64,000 nt of DNA from Patescibacteria group bacterium. Lineage in GTDB: Bacteria > Patescibacteriota > Patescibacteriia > CAIXNZ01. Under the pieces are notes generated by a model, which saw only the letters and a list, made by a program, of their open reading frames with translations, ran no database searches and was not told where the DNA came from. Below are positions 36,168-44,855 of the stretch, one piece after another. The stretch spans positions 38,047-102,046 of the forward strand of contig JAQTMG010000002.1 of assembly GCA_028714455.1 (NCBI GenBank). Reading direction: 5' to 3'. The position numbers and the translations under genes were made by a program. Numbering within the stretch: position 1 is the stretch's first letter; each line of letters starts with the position of its first letter.

Positions 36168-37751
36168 ATGTCATACGCCATAGGATTTATAGCCGCTTTT
36201 ATTCTGTCGATAGCTTTTACTCTTTTAGTAAAAAAAATAGCGCTCAAAATAAAGCTGATAGATTTTCCCGACTTCAAAAGGAAAATTCACAAAACCCCGA
36301 TTCCGCTTCTGGGCGGGCTGGCGGTTTTTTTTAGTTTCGCGCTCATTTTAGTCTACTACGCTTTTTTTACAGATTTGATTTTATTTGATTTTATCGTGCC
36401 CAAATACGTGCTGGGCATAATCTTGGCCGGTCTGGTTGTCATAGCCGGGGGAATTTTAGATGATAAATTTAATTTAAAACCAAGATACCAAATCATTTTT
36501 CCGATTGTCGCCACGCTAATAATAATCGGGAGCGGAATCGGCATCTCGCACATCAGAAATCCGTTTGGTGGCATCATCAGTTTTAACAACTGGCAATTGA
36601 TTTTGTTCTGGCTGCATGGCACGCCGTATAAAATTACTCTCCTGGCCGATCTTTTCACTTTTATCTGGCTTTTGGGCATGATGTACACCACCAAACTCTT
36701 GGACGGTCTTGACGGTTTGGTTTCCGGAGTCACGGTTATCGGTTGCCTGGTGATTGCTTTTGTGGCCTTGAGCAAAACCGTCGCTCAACCCAATACGGCT
36801 TTAATCGCGTTAATTCTGGCGGGGGCGTTCGCGGGTTTTTTACTTTTTAATTTTAATCCGGCCAAGATATTTTTAGGCGAAGGCGGCAGTTTGTTTGCCG
36901 GCCTGATGCTCGGCACCCTGGCCATCATCTCCGGTTCCAAAGTCGCCACCACTCTTTTAATTCTCGGCGTGCCGATTCTGGATGTGATCTGGGTAATTTT
37001 GAGAAGAATTTTTTATCACCGACCAATCAGTTTTGCCGATAAAACACATCTGCACTTCCGCCTGCTGGACATTGGTTTTTCCCAGCGCCAGGCCGTCATA
37101 TTTATTTACGTCCTGACCGCTTTATTTGGCGGCGCATCTCTGTTCTTGCAATCCTTTGGGAAAATGATAGAATTAATTATACTCTCGGTGTTCATGCTGG
37201 TTTTAGCCGTTACTTTAGTTGTGATTTATAAAAATAAGAATAATAATCTCGGGCCTGTCTCGAAAAGCAAGTCCGTAACTTTAAGAAAAAATATGAATAA
37301 AAAAAATTTAAAAATCCTGGTTCCAGTTGCCGTTGTTTTGATTTTTATCGCGCTGGTCGCGTGCGTCTATTTTTATTATGTCCAATCGGCCATGGCCACG
37401 GTTACGATTCGGGGACACGTGATAAAGGCGCAGGTAGCTGACAGTCCCGAAGAGCAAGCGCTAGGATTGTCCGGTAAGAAAAACTTGGGCGACAATAGCG
37501 GCTTGCTTTTTGTTTATTCGGACAGTCGCTACAGGACTTTCTGGATGAAAGACATGAAATTCCCCATAGACATAATTTGGATTAACGACAATAAAATTGT
37601 CTACATCGAAAAAAATGCTCCGGTCCCGGCCGATCCTGAAAACCCAGCTATTTTTACCAAGGGCGAGGTGAATAGGGTTCTCGAAGTCAAGGCCGGCTGG
37701 ACTGATAAAAATAACATTCAGGTCGGCGATGAGGTTGGTATAAAGTTTTAA
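36168..37751 (+). CDS. polyprenyl-phosphate N-acetylhexosamine-1-phosphate transferase (MraY/WecA family) fused to a C-terminal DUF192 domain
   Basis: LDDKFNL and LLDGLDGLVSG motifs; C-terminal FPIDIIWI...LEVKAGWTDKN typical of DUF192. Confidence 0.7.
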   Translation: MSYAIGFIAAFILSIAFTLLVKKIALKIKLIDFPDFKRKIHKTPIPLLGGLAVFFSFALILVYYAFFTDLILFDFIVPKYVLGIILAGLVVIAGGILDDKFNLKPRYQIIFPIVATLIIIGSGIGISHIRNPFGGIISFNNWQLILFWLHGTPYKITLLADLFTFIWLLGMMYTTKLLDGLDGLVSGVTVIGCLVIAFVALSKTVAQPNTALIALILAGAFAGFLLFNFNPAKIFLGEGGSLFAGLMLGTLAIISGSKVATTLLILGVPILDVIWVILRRIFYHRPISFADKTHLHFRLLDIGFSQRQAVIFIYVLTALFGGASLFLQSFGKMIELIILSVFMLVLAVTLVVIYKNKNNNLGPVSKSKSVTLRKNMNKKNLKILVPVAVVLIFIALVACVYFYYVQSAMATVTIRGHVIKAQVADSPEEQALGLSGKKNLGDNSGLLFVYSDSRYRTFWMKDMKFPIDIIWINDNKIVYIEKNAPVPADPENPAIFTKGEVNRVLEVKAGWTDKNNIQVGDEVGIKF

Positions 37752-37763
37752 AAATAAACAGAA

Positions 37764-37792
37764 AAGGCCGCTCGATATCGGGCGGTTTTTTT
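37764..37792 (+). terminator. hairpin + T-run after the transferase gene
   Basis: GCCGCTCGATATCGGGCGG TTTTTTT. Confidence 0.5.
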
Positions 37793-37860
37793 ATCCGCCG
37801 AAGCTTTCTCGTACGCCGTAGCTTTAGCAAAGGCGTAAGCGGAGGCGGAATTTGACAATT
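37790..37860. repeat. 70-bp direct repeat, copy A (TTTATCCGCCGAAGCTTTCTCGTACGCCGTAGCTTTAGCAAAGGCGTAAGCGGAGGCGGAATTTGACAATT), ending in a -35 TTGACA
   Basis: ~95% identical to 39190-39258; internal palindrome TACGCC..GGCGTA. Confidence 0.85.
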
Positions 37861-37880
37861 ATTGTAATTTTTGATATATT
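37852..37880 (+). promoter_or_regulatory. promoter TTGACA-N17-TATATT (extended TGATATATT), with the -35 supplied by repeat copy A
   Basis: Drives the 37919 gene. Confidence 0.5.
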
Positions 37881-37918
37881 TTGCCATTGGTTATTAAAAA
37901 CAAAAAAGGAGGAAGAAA

Positions 37919-38545
37919 ATGAATGTCATCGCCTTCTTGGTTCTGCTTTTGTTCTACGTTCTCATCTTCGCGCGGCTCGAGGCGGAGATTGAGGGAGAAT
38001 TTGGCTGGGCAGCCAAACTGCCGACGGCCAGATATCGCCTGAAAGGCGAGGCGCTCGAATATCGCGCGTTTGCGTCGGCTGACACCAGCTGGGTTGAGAT
38101 TGACAGATCCACGATGCGGGGCAAATTCTTTTCAGCTTATATCGGATTCCTTGGCGGCAAGGATTTTACCTGGTATCACCGAGTCGTCGATCTACTTCAG
38201 CTCTTTGTCGCCCACCTGATTATTTATCTGTGCTTTGGTTCTGAACCCAAGTGGGTCTTGGAAGTCCGCGCCGTGGCCACGCTTTTTCTGATCTGGAGTT
38301 TGGAAGATACGTTCTATTTCTTTGTGAACCCGAGGTTTGGGTTTAAGAAGTACAATCCGGAAAGCATCGGATGGCATAAAGATTGGCTGACCATCGGCGG
38401 AATCAGGATTGGAGACAAAGGCATGATGGGTTTGCTGGCTGGCGGCGCCATCCTATTTGTTCTTTCCCTTTTCCTCCACTGGCTTGTCGTCAACGTCATG
38501 CCGGCCGCCCTGTATATTAATGAGGCGGTGAAAAATATTTTTTGA
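37919..38545 (+). CDS. hypothetical membrane protein (208 aa), high GC
   Basis: SD AAAAGGAGGAAGAAAATG; several TM helices. Confidence 0.45.
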   Translation: MNVIAFLVLLLFYVLIFARLEAEIEGEFGWAAKLPTARYRLKGEALEYRAFASADTSWVEIDRSTMRGKFFSAYIGFLGGKDFTWYHRVVDLLQLFVAHLIIYLCFGSEPKWVLEVRAVATLFLIWSLEDTFYFFVNPRFGFKKYNPESIGWHKDWLTIGGIRIGDKGMMGLLAGGAILFVLSLFLHWLVVNVMPAALYINEAVKNIF

Positions 38546-38586
38546 TCGCGCTTGATAAACCGTTCGAACCTTCGGGCGGTTTTTTA

Positions 38587-38615
38587 TTGACAAAAATGGA
38601 AATTTAAGTTAAGTT
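38587..38615 (+). promoter_or_regulatory. conserved promoter TTGACAAAA-N-TAAGTT
   Basis: Spacer 17; ~100-nt leader. Confidence 0.5.
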
Positions 38616-38714
38616 GTTTTTATATAAACAGGGGCTTTTTCCGCGTGGCGGAAGAAGAAACAATGGCTCTTTAAAACATTCAGACCCGGACGGGTCAAAG
38701 AACGGAGGTTCAGA

Positions 38715-39149
38715 ATGGACAAGAAGGCGAAGGCGTTGAAGAGGATTTTAAGCGAGTTTCCCTGGCTTTGGGCGCTAAGCAACGTTTGGTCCGCAAAACA
38801 CGATAGTGTCACGGTTTATCGTGGCGGAAACCCAGGCGAAGAAAAGTTTCGCAGATTTATCTTTGAAATGTTTTTCTTCTGCCAGGAAGAACATAAAAAT
38901 CTTGTCTCCGAATTCAAAATCTTCATCAAATACGACGGTTGTAGCGAGAGCTTTGTTATGATTACTCCGACCCAGGGAATGCCGTTGTTTTTGGGTTATT
39001 ACGATTCTTTTTTTGCAAGAGCCTCTGTACCGGGTGCGCATTGCGTATGTATTACATACAAAGATGGAAACGAGAGAAAATATATGCTATTCCTGCTTCC
39101 CGAAAATTGGCGGGGAATCGCTAAAGCCGCCTGCGAAGTTTGCTGCTAG
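38715..39149 (+). CDS. hypothetical Cys-containing protein (144 aa), high GC
   Basis: SD GGAGGTTCAGAATG. Confidence 0.4.
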   Translation: MDKKAKALKRILSEFPWLWALSNVWSAKHDSVTVYRGGNPGEEKFRRFIFEMFFFCQEEHKNLVSEFKIFIKYDGCSESFVMITPTQGMPLFLGYYDSFFARASVPGAHCVCITYKDGNERKYMLFLLPENWRGIAKAACEVCC

Positions 39150-39189
39150 AATTTATAAACCGCTTGGCTTATGCTGGGCGGTTTTTTCT

Positions 39190-39258
39190 TTATCCGCCGT
39201 AGCTTTCTCGTACGCCTTAGCTTTAGCAAAGGCGTAAGCGGAGGCGGAATTTGACATT
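39190..39258. repeat. 70-bp direct repeat, copy B
   Basis: TTTATCCGCCGTAGCTTTCTCGTACGCCTTAGCTTTAGCAAAGGCGTAAGCGGAGGCGGAATTTGACATT. Confidence 0.85.
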
Positions 39259-39279
39259 ATTTTTAAAATACGCTATCAT
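39251..39279 (+). promoter_or_regulatory. promoter TTGACA-N17-TATCAT for rplU, with the -35 supplied by repeat copy B
   Basis: Spacer 17. Confidence 0.5.
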
Positions 39280-39332
39280 ATTTTCATAAGATTTAGCTCG
39301 GTACTAATCTTTTTTATTTTTAATTTAAGGTT

Positions 39333-39653
39333 ATGTCTAGAATAGCTGTGATTAAAACAGGCGGCAAACAATACAAGGTGAAAGAAGGCGATAAATTTGA
39401 TATTGAAAAACTTATTGGCAAGGAGGGCGATAAAGTCAGCTTTGACCAGATTTTATTGATTGCTGATGAAGATGGCAAAAGCGTTGAACTCGGTAAGCCA
39501 TTTTTAAGCGGCAAAAAAGTTGAAGCCAAAATTGAAAAACAATTTAAAGATGACAAAGTAATGGTGATAAAGTTTAAGAATAAGACCAGATACCGCAGAA
39601 AAAAAGGTCATCGCCAAAATAAAACCCTGATTACGATAAGCAAGATCTCGTAA
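39333..39653 (+). CDS. rplU: 50S ribosomal protein L21
   Basis: MSRIAVIKTGGKQYKVKEGD. Confidence 0.95.
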   Translation: MSRIAVIKTGGKQYKVKEGDKFDIEKLIGKEGDKVSFDQILLIADEDGKSVELGKPFLSGKKVEAKIEKQFKDDKVMVIKFKNKTRYRRKKGHRQNKTLITISKIS

Positions 39654-39654
39654 A

Positions 39655-39686
39655 AAAACGCCCCGCTCCGCGGGGTGTTTTTATTT
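39655..39686. terminator. bidirectional hairpin CCCCGCTCCGCGGGG flanked by A/T runs
   Basis: Between convergent rplU and recR. Confidence 0.7.
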
Positions 39687-40284
39687 ACATTTCTTTTCTA
39701 TTTTTAATGGCGCTGGAAAGGGTGATTTCGTCTGTATATTCCAGATCAGAGCCGACTGGCATACCGCGCGCCAGGCGGGTTATTTTTACTTTAAACGATT
39801 TTAAAAGATTATTCAGATAAATCATGGTGGCTTCGCCCTCCATATCGGGATTAAACGCCAAAATAATTTCAGCCACCTTGTTTTTTTGCAGTTTGGCCAA
39901 TAAGTCATCAAATTTTAGGCGGTCAGGTGTCATGCCCGAGAGCGGATCAAGCACGCCGCCCAAGACATGATAAACGCCCTTGAATTCTCCAGTATTTTCC
40001 ACGGCCGCCAGATCATGCGGCTCGGCTATGATGCAGATTAACTTATGGTCCCGATTTTTGTCAGCACAAATAGCGCAAGGATCTTTTTCCGAGATATTAT
40101 GGCAGATCGAACATTTAACAACAGAATTATTAATCTGGTTTAGAGAAAGAGCAAATTCGTCAATCTCATTTTTATTTTGTTTCAGCAAAAAATAAACCAG
40201 GCGCTCGGCTGTCTTGGGTCCGATGCCAGGCAGTTTGCAAAACTGATCGATTAAATCTTGAATTGGTTTGGGAAACTTGATCAT
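39685..40284 (-). CDS. recR: recombination protein RecR
   Basis: LPGIGPKTAERL helix-hairpin-helix; CxxC..CxxC; Toprim. Confidence 0.95.
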   Translation of the reverse strand: MIKFPKPIQDLIDQFCKLPGIGPKTAERLVYFLLKQNKNEIDEFALSLNQINNSVVKCSICHNISEKDPCAICADKNRDHKLICIIAEPHDLAAVENTGEFKGVYHVLGGVLDPLSGMTPDRLKFDDLLAKLQKNKVAEIILAFNPDMEGEATMIYLNNLLKSFKVKITRLARGMPVGSDLEYTDEITLSSAIKNRKEM

Positions 40285-40650
40285 GGTTGAGGGTTAATGG
40301 TGGAGAGTAGAGAGTTTGGTTGAGAGTGATTGGTTGAGCGAACCCAATATCTAATAACCAATTACTCAACGCCTCACGCTCCACTCTGTACGCTCTACTA
40401 TTTCATTATTTTATCTGAAAAAAATCATTTTTACAAGCTGGTCCTTGATATATTTTTAATTATTTGATAATATTTGAGACATAAAATCAAAACGAGGGGG
40501 TTTAAAATGAAGTACGCACTTATTGGTTTGTTTGGTGGGAGCGCACTCGTCATCATTTTCTTTATTGCCAGGCGCATCAAAGAGAGCGGCAAATATAATG
40601 ACCTGGTAAAATGAACCCGCGGCTCTGGGCTTAGCCCAGAGCTTTTCTTA

Positions 40651-40679
40651 TTGACAAAATTATTTATCTGTGATACATT
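40651..40679 (+). promoter_or_regulatory. promoter TTGACAAAA-N-TGATACATT
   Basis: Upstream of the 40749 gene. Confidence 0.45.
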
Positions 40680-40748
40680 TTTATATTCAGTTTTTTAAAA
40701 GAAAGAATAATAATTTTAAACCGCCCAAAAGGGCAAAGGAGGCATTCG

Positions 40749-41198
40749 ATGACCCTGGTTTTGTTGATGGTTTTCGCAATCGGCTTGGTTACGCTGATGG
40801 TGGTCACTCGCAAAAAGCGCGGCATCAACCAGGTCAGCGGGTTTTCCGCGACCAATCTTTACCGCGCGGTGGTTGACCCGGCCGAGCTCAAAGAGCGGGC
40901 CCGGACCATCAAAATCATGAACAAACGCCTGCGCTGGGCCAGACATCGGTTGGAACAGCCGCACCTGTGCAAAAAGGCCAAGCTGAAACGCGCCCTTCGG
41001 TATATCCAGGAAGCGCATCGGCATGAATTGTCCGAGATCCGATCCTGCGCTCGCACGCTGGTGAACCTGTTTGGCCGGTATGCCGATGCCAAGATCAGGC
41101 ACCAGCTGGACATGACGCTGAAACCGTCCGCACCCGCCCCGCTGACCAGCAAAAGCAAAGTCGAGGAACTCATCGTTTCCCTGGCCAACGCGGCCTAA
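40749..41198 (+). CDS. hypothetical protein with N-terminal TM helix, Arg/Lys-rich, high GC
   Basis: SD AAAGGAGGCATTCGATG. Confidence 0.4.
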   Translation: MTLVLLMVFAIGLVTLMVVTRKKRGINQVSGFSATNLYRAVVDPAELKERARTIKIMNKRLRWARHRLEQPHLCKKAKLKRALRYIQEAHRHELSEIRSCARTLVNLFGRYADAKIRHQLDMTLKPSAPAPLTSKSKVEELIVSLANAA

Positions 41199-41208
41199 TC
41201 TCAACGTA

Positions 41209-41241
41209 AAGAGGGTTGAATCTTCAACCCTCTTTTTTTGT
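41209..41241. terminator. bidirectional hairpin AAGAGGGTTGAATCTTCAACCCTCTT + T-run
   Basis: 11-bp stem. Confidence 0.7.
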
Positions 41242-42645
41242 TTAAAATTGTATTTCCGGAGCAAAGTTCGGCGGCGGCGAGTTAAAGCTTTTGTGCTCCA
41301 AATCGCGGAAGCTGACTTTTTGCTCATCAAAGAATAATTTTATAATGCCAGTCGGGCCGTTTCGGTGTTTGGCAATATGAATCTCGGCCACATTTTTTCT
41401 GTCTAGCTCTAGGTCGGGTTTATAAACTGATTCGCGGTAAATAAACATGACAATGTCAGCGTCTTGTTCAATTGAGCCAGATTCTCGCAGATCAGATAAT
41501 TTTGGGATAGGCGGATTTCTTGATTCCACGCCTCGATTTAACTGCGAGAGCGCTAGAACAGGCACGTTTAATTCCTTGGCGATCTGTTTTAAGCCGCGGG
41601 AAATTTCAGAAATTTCCTGGACTCGATTATCTGTTCTAAAGGCGCCTTCCATTAATTGCAAATAATCAATGACAATTAAGCCCAGACCGTGTTCCATTTG
41701 CAAACGTCGAGCCTTGGTTCGGATATCCATAATCGTGGCTACGGCCGTGTCATCAATATAAATAGGGGATTCTGACAAAACGCCCATGGCGTGTCCGATT
41801 CTGGGAAAATCATCATCTTCATCTCGGTCAGAAAGCTTGCCAGTTCTCATTTTCCATAAATCAACGTTGGCTTCGGCGCAAAGCAAGCGGTCAACCAGCT
41901 GCTCCTTGGACATTTCCAGTGAAAATAAGCCGACTGGCACTTTATGTTTGGTCGCCACGCCTCGGGCGATATCCAGGGCTAAAGAAGTTTTACCGACAGA
42001 AGGTCTGGCTGCCAAAATAATCAAATCGGATTTTTGCAAGCCGGCCAGATGATTGTCTAGATCCTTGAAGCCGGTGGGAATACCGCGCAACTTGCCTCTC
42101 TCTTTGTGCAGTTCGTCGATTCTTTCAAATGTTTCATTTAAAATATTTGTAATCGGCACAAACATCTGTTTCTGATGACTTTGGGAAACGGAAAATATTT
42201 TCTGCTCGGCTTTATCCAAAATATTTCTAACCTCGTCTTCTTCGTTATAGCCCATCTCCGCCATCTCGCTGGCCGCTTTGATCAAGTTGCGCAAGGTGGC
42301 TTTTTTTTGAACTATCTCGGCGTAATTAACCACGTGGCTTGAGGTCGGCACGGCATTGCTCAAAGAAATCAAATAGGTTCGACCGCCGATTTCTTCCAGC
42401 TTGCCTTTTTCTTCCAAGCGATTGGCCAGAGTCAATAAATCAATGGGTTCGCGTTTAGCATACAAATCAATCATGGCCTCAAAAATTATTCTGTGTTTGT
42501 CAAAATAAAAATCTTCAGCCTCAACAATGTCAGCCACTCTGATGATGGCGTCTTTATCAATTAAAAGCGAGCCGATTAATGATTGCTCGGCTTCACCGTT
42601 TTGAGGCGGTAATTTTTGGAGTATTTCCTGGTCTTTCTTGGACAT
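41242..42645 (-). CDS. dnaB: replicative DNA helicase DnaB
   Basis: N-terminal PPQNGEAEQSLIGSLL; Walker A ARPSVGKTS. Confidence 0.95.
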   Translation of the reverse strand: MSKKDQEILQKLPPQNGEAEQSLIGSLLIDKDAIIRVADIVEAEDFYFDKHRIIFEAMIDLYAKREPIDLLTLANRLEEKGKLEEIGGRTYLISLSNAVPTSSHVVNYAEIVQKKATLRNLIKAASEMAEMGYNEEDEVRNILDKAEQKIFSVSQSHQKQMFVPITNILNETFERIDELHKERGKLRGIPTGFKDLDNHLAGLQKSDLIILAARPSVGKTSLALDIARGVATKHKVPVGLFSLEMSKEQLVDRLLCAEANVDLWKMRTGKLSDRDEDDDFPRIGHAMGVLSESPIYIDDTAVATIMDIRTKARRLQMEHGLGLIVIDYLQLMEGAFRTDNRVQEISEISRGLKQIAKELNVPVLALSQLNRGVESRNPPIPKLSDLRESGSIEQDADIVMFIYRESVYKPDLELDRKNVAEIHIAKHRNGPTGIIKLFFDEQKVSFRDLEHKSFNSPPPNFAPEIQF

Positions 42646-42792
42646 AAGATATGGATAACCACGAAATTTTATTCACGAAAAACACTAAATTTTCGTGAGT
42701 TTTTGTGTAATATTTTCGTGGTTCATCTTTCAGCTATTTTATCTTAACCATTTTAGCAAACTTTGACAAGTAATTAAATGTTTAGAAGTTGT

Positions 42793-42821
42793 TGACAAAA
42801 ATGTGGATTTTGGATAAGCTT
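42793..42821 (+). promoter_or_regulatory. conserved promoter TTGACAAAA-N-TAAGCT
   Basis: Spacer 16-17. Confidence 0.45.
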
Positions 42822-42850
42822 TTTTTATCAATAAAGTATAAGGAGGACAG

Positions 42851-43240
42851 ATGAGTGAATGTCAGAATTTGGCCTTGAATTTAAGCCAGGAAGTGTTACT
42901 CGAGAAGCAAAGAGAGGCAAGGAAGCGACAGGAAAAGGTCGGTAAGCTCTTTGAGAAGGCGACGAAAATTCTGCGTAAGGCCGGATACGATGGCAAAACG
43001 GCGCGGGAATTGGTGTTATTCATCACGAACCTGATTGTTCACCTTGGAATATCCAGAAGCAGTTTTGAAAAGGCTCATTTCAAGTTGAGTGATCAGGGCG
43101 CAACGCGCATGGGAAAAAAAATTATTTTCCAGATACTTGATTTGATCGAGGAAGGGAAAAAAAATGGGAAGCTTCTTGAGAAGCTCGAGGTGGAGATCGA
43201 TGAGCTGAAAGCGGTAATCGAAAAATTAGGGCAGATGTAA
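42851..43240 (+). CDS. hypothetical helical protein (129 aa)
   Basis: SD AAGGAGGACAGATG; terminator at 43229-43257. Confidence 0.4.
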   Translation: MSECQNLALNLSQEVLLEKQREARKRQEKVGKLFEKATKILRKAGYDGKTARELVLFITNLIVHLGISRSSFEKAHFKLSDQGATRMGKKIIFQILDLIEEGKKNGKLLEKLEVEIDELKAVIEKLGQM

Positions 43241-43255
43241 TTCTGCCCTTTTCAT

Positions 43256-43284
43256 TTGACAAAAATGACATTTTTAGATAAGAT
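43256..43284 (+). promoter_or_regulatory. conserved promoter TTGACAAAA-N-TAAGAT
   Basis: Spacer 17; drives purB. Confidence 0.5.
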
Positions 43285-43322
43285 TTTTCTAGCTCTTTTA
43301 AAAAAAGAAAAAAGGAGGAAAG

Positions 43323-44807
43323 ATGATTAAAAGGTATGTTAACAAAAAAATCGAGGAAATCTGGGCACTTGGGAAAAAGTATGAGCTGTGGCTCATGCTT
43401 GAGCTGACTGTTATCAGGATCAGGTGCGCAATGGGTATGTTTCCAAAATATACCCATGAAAAAATTTGTGACGCCTTAGGTGAGATTGAATTTGGTGACA
43501 AGCAAATCGCCGAAATTGCAGAGATTGAGAAAAAGACAAAGCATGACCTCAATGCTTTTATCGAGTGGATAAAAGCACGTCTGCCCGTTGATCTTCGCAT
43601 GTACATACATTGGAAGATGACATCATATGATACTGAAGAAGCGCCGTTTAGCCTGATGCTGCTCGAATCCTTTGATCTTGTAATTCAGCAATGTGATCAT
43701 CTTTGCGACGTGCTTCATGAAATGGTCTATAAATACCGCTATGTGCCCATGCTTGGACGCACGCACGGTCAGGAAGCCAAACTCCAGTCCTTTGGTCTGC
43801 GCGCTCTGCGCTGGTACCTTGCGCTGGATGAAGCACGACAGCAGCTTCTTGATTCGCAGAAAGAAATTAAGCTTTCAAAGCTAAGCGGTGCGATCGGCAA
43901 CTACCAGGGGATCACTCCAGAAGAAGAGGACGCAGTGCTGCGTTCGCTCGGACTCAAGCCTTTTGTTGGCGCATCACAGATTATGCCTCGTATTTTGCAC
44001 CAACCTCTTGTCAATGCCTTGCTTATGATCGTGGGCAGTTTGACTCAGATTGCCGAAGATATCAGAATCGCGGCGCGCAGCGGACTGCCGCTCATGCAGG
44101 AATTTTTTGACAAGGGCCAGATGGGATCATCGGCCATGCCCCACAAAAAAAATACCATCACCTGTGAAAATCAAATCGGCACGTGGCGCATGGCCAAAGG
44201 CTATGGCAATATGCTAAGAGATTGCATGTTAACTTGGGAAGAGCGTGCTATTGAGCAATCCTGTGTCGAGCGTGTTGCCTGGCCAGATCTTTTCCATGTA
44301 GTTATGCAGTCTTTCAAAAACATGGCAAGCGTGCTCGAACGCCTGCAGGTTTTCCCAGATCATATGATGCTGGAAATCGACAACTCGCACGGCTGCTATG
44401 CCTCGGAAGAAGCAAAAGAGCTGCTCAAGGAATTTGGCCTGATCGATGAGGCTTACAAAATTGTGCAGCTCGCCGCGGCCAATGTCCATGAGCATGGCCA
44501 GGTTCTGAGCGATTACAGAAAGCAGCTGCAGGCCAGTTCGGTCGAAGGATATCCGGATATCGATGATGCTGTGCTGCTCGGCAAGCATTACCGAAGTGAA
44601 GAAGTCGACTCGATCAATCGAGTGATCTCGCAGGGCGATCTGCGCCCCGCAGAGGCGCTTGGGCACAGCGAAGAGACAGTCAGCGCCTGGAATAAAAAAC
44701 TCAAGGAAATCTTTGCTGACCCGAAAAAGCTGGAAAAGTGGAACGAGGTTTTTACCATCACCTTCCAGCTGCGTAACGAATCATTTATTTTTGAAACGCA
44801 CAAGTAA
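43323..44807 (+). CDS. purB: adenylosuccinate lyase
   Basis: N-terminal RY...IW...KYELWLMLE; fumarate-lyase signature GSSAMPHKKN; GC ~50%. Confidence 0.85.
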   Translation: MIKRYVNKKIEEIWALGKKYELWLMLELTVIRIRCAMGMFPKYTHEKICDALGEIEFGDKQIAEIAEIEKKTKHDLNAFIEWIKARLPVDLRMYIHWKMTSYDTEEAPFSLMLLESFDLVIQQCDHLCDVLHEMVYKYRYVPMLGRTHGQEAKLQSFGLRALRWYLALDEARQQLLDSQKEIKLSKLSGAIGNYQGITPEEEDAVLRSLGLKPFVGASQIMPRILHQPLVNALLMIVGSLTQIAEDIRIAARSGLPLMQEFFDKGQMGSSAMPHKKNTITCENQIGTWRMAKGYGNMLRDCMLTWEERAIEQSCVERVAWPDLFHVVMQSFKNMASVLERLQVFPDHMMLEIDNSHGCYASEEAKELLKEFGLIDEAYKIVQLAAANVHEHGQVLSDYRKQLQASSVEGYPDIDDAVLLGKHYRSEEVDSINRVISQGDLRPAEALGHSEETVSAWNKKLKEIFADPKKLEKWNEVFTITFQLRNESFIFETHK

Positions 44808-44819
44808 AAAATAAGCCCC

Positions 44820-44855
44820 CGTACCAAGTGGTAGGGGGCTTTTTAGTTTGTTCAG
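44820..44855. terminator. bidirectional hairpin AGCCCCCGTACCAAGTGGTAGGGGGCT + T-run
   Basis: Between convergent purB and purH. Confidence 0.7.

Noticed and set aside
40300-40400. Imperfect inverted repeat GGTGGAGAGTAGAGAG...CTCTACTAT upstream of recR as a regulatory site
   Set aside because: Arm complementarity is weak (many mismatches); not distinguishable from chance in AT/GA-rich spacer DNA.
40507-40608. 33-aa ORF (MKYALIGLFGGSALVIIFLLPGASKRAANIMTW) with a good SD upstream of the 40651 promoter
   Set aside because: Too short and without conservation evidence to call; possibly a small membrane peptide.
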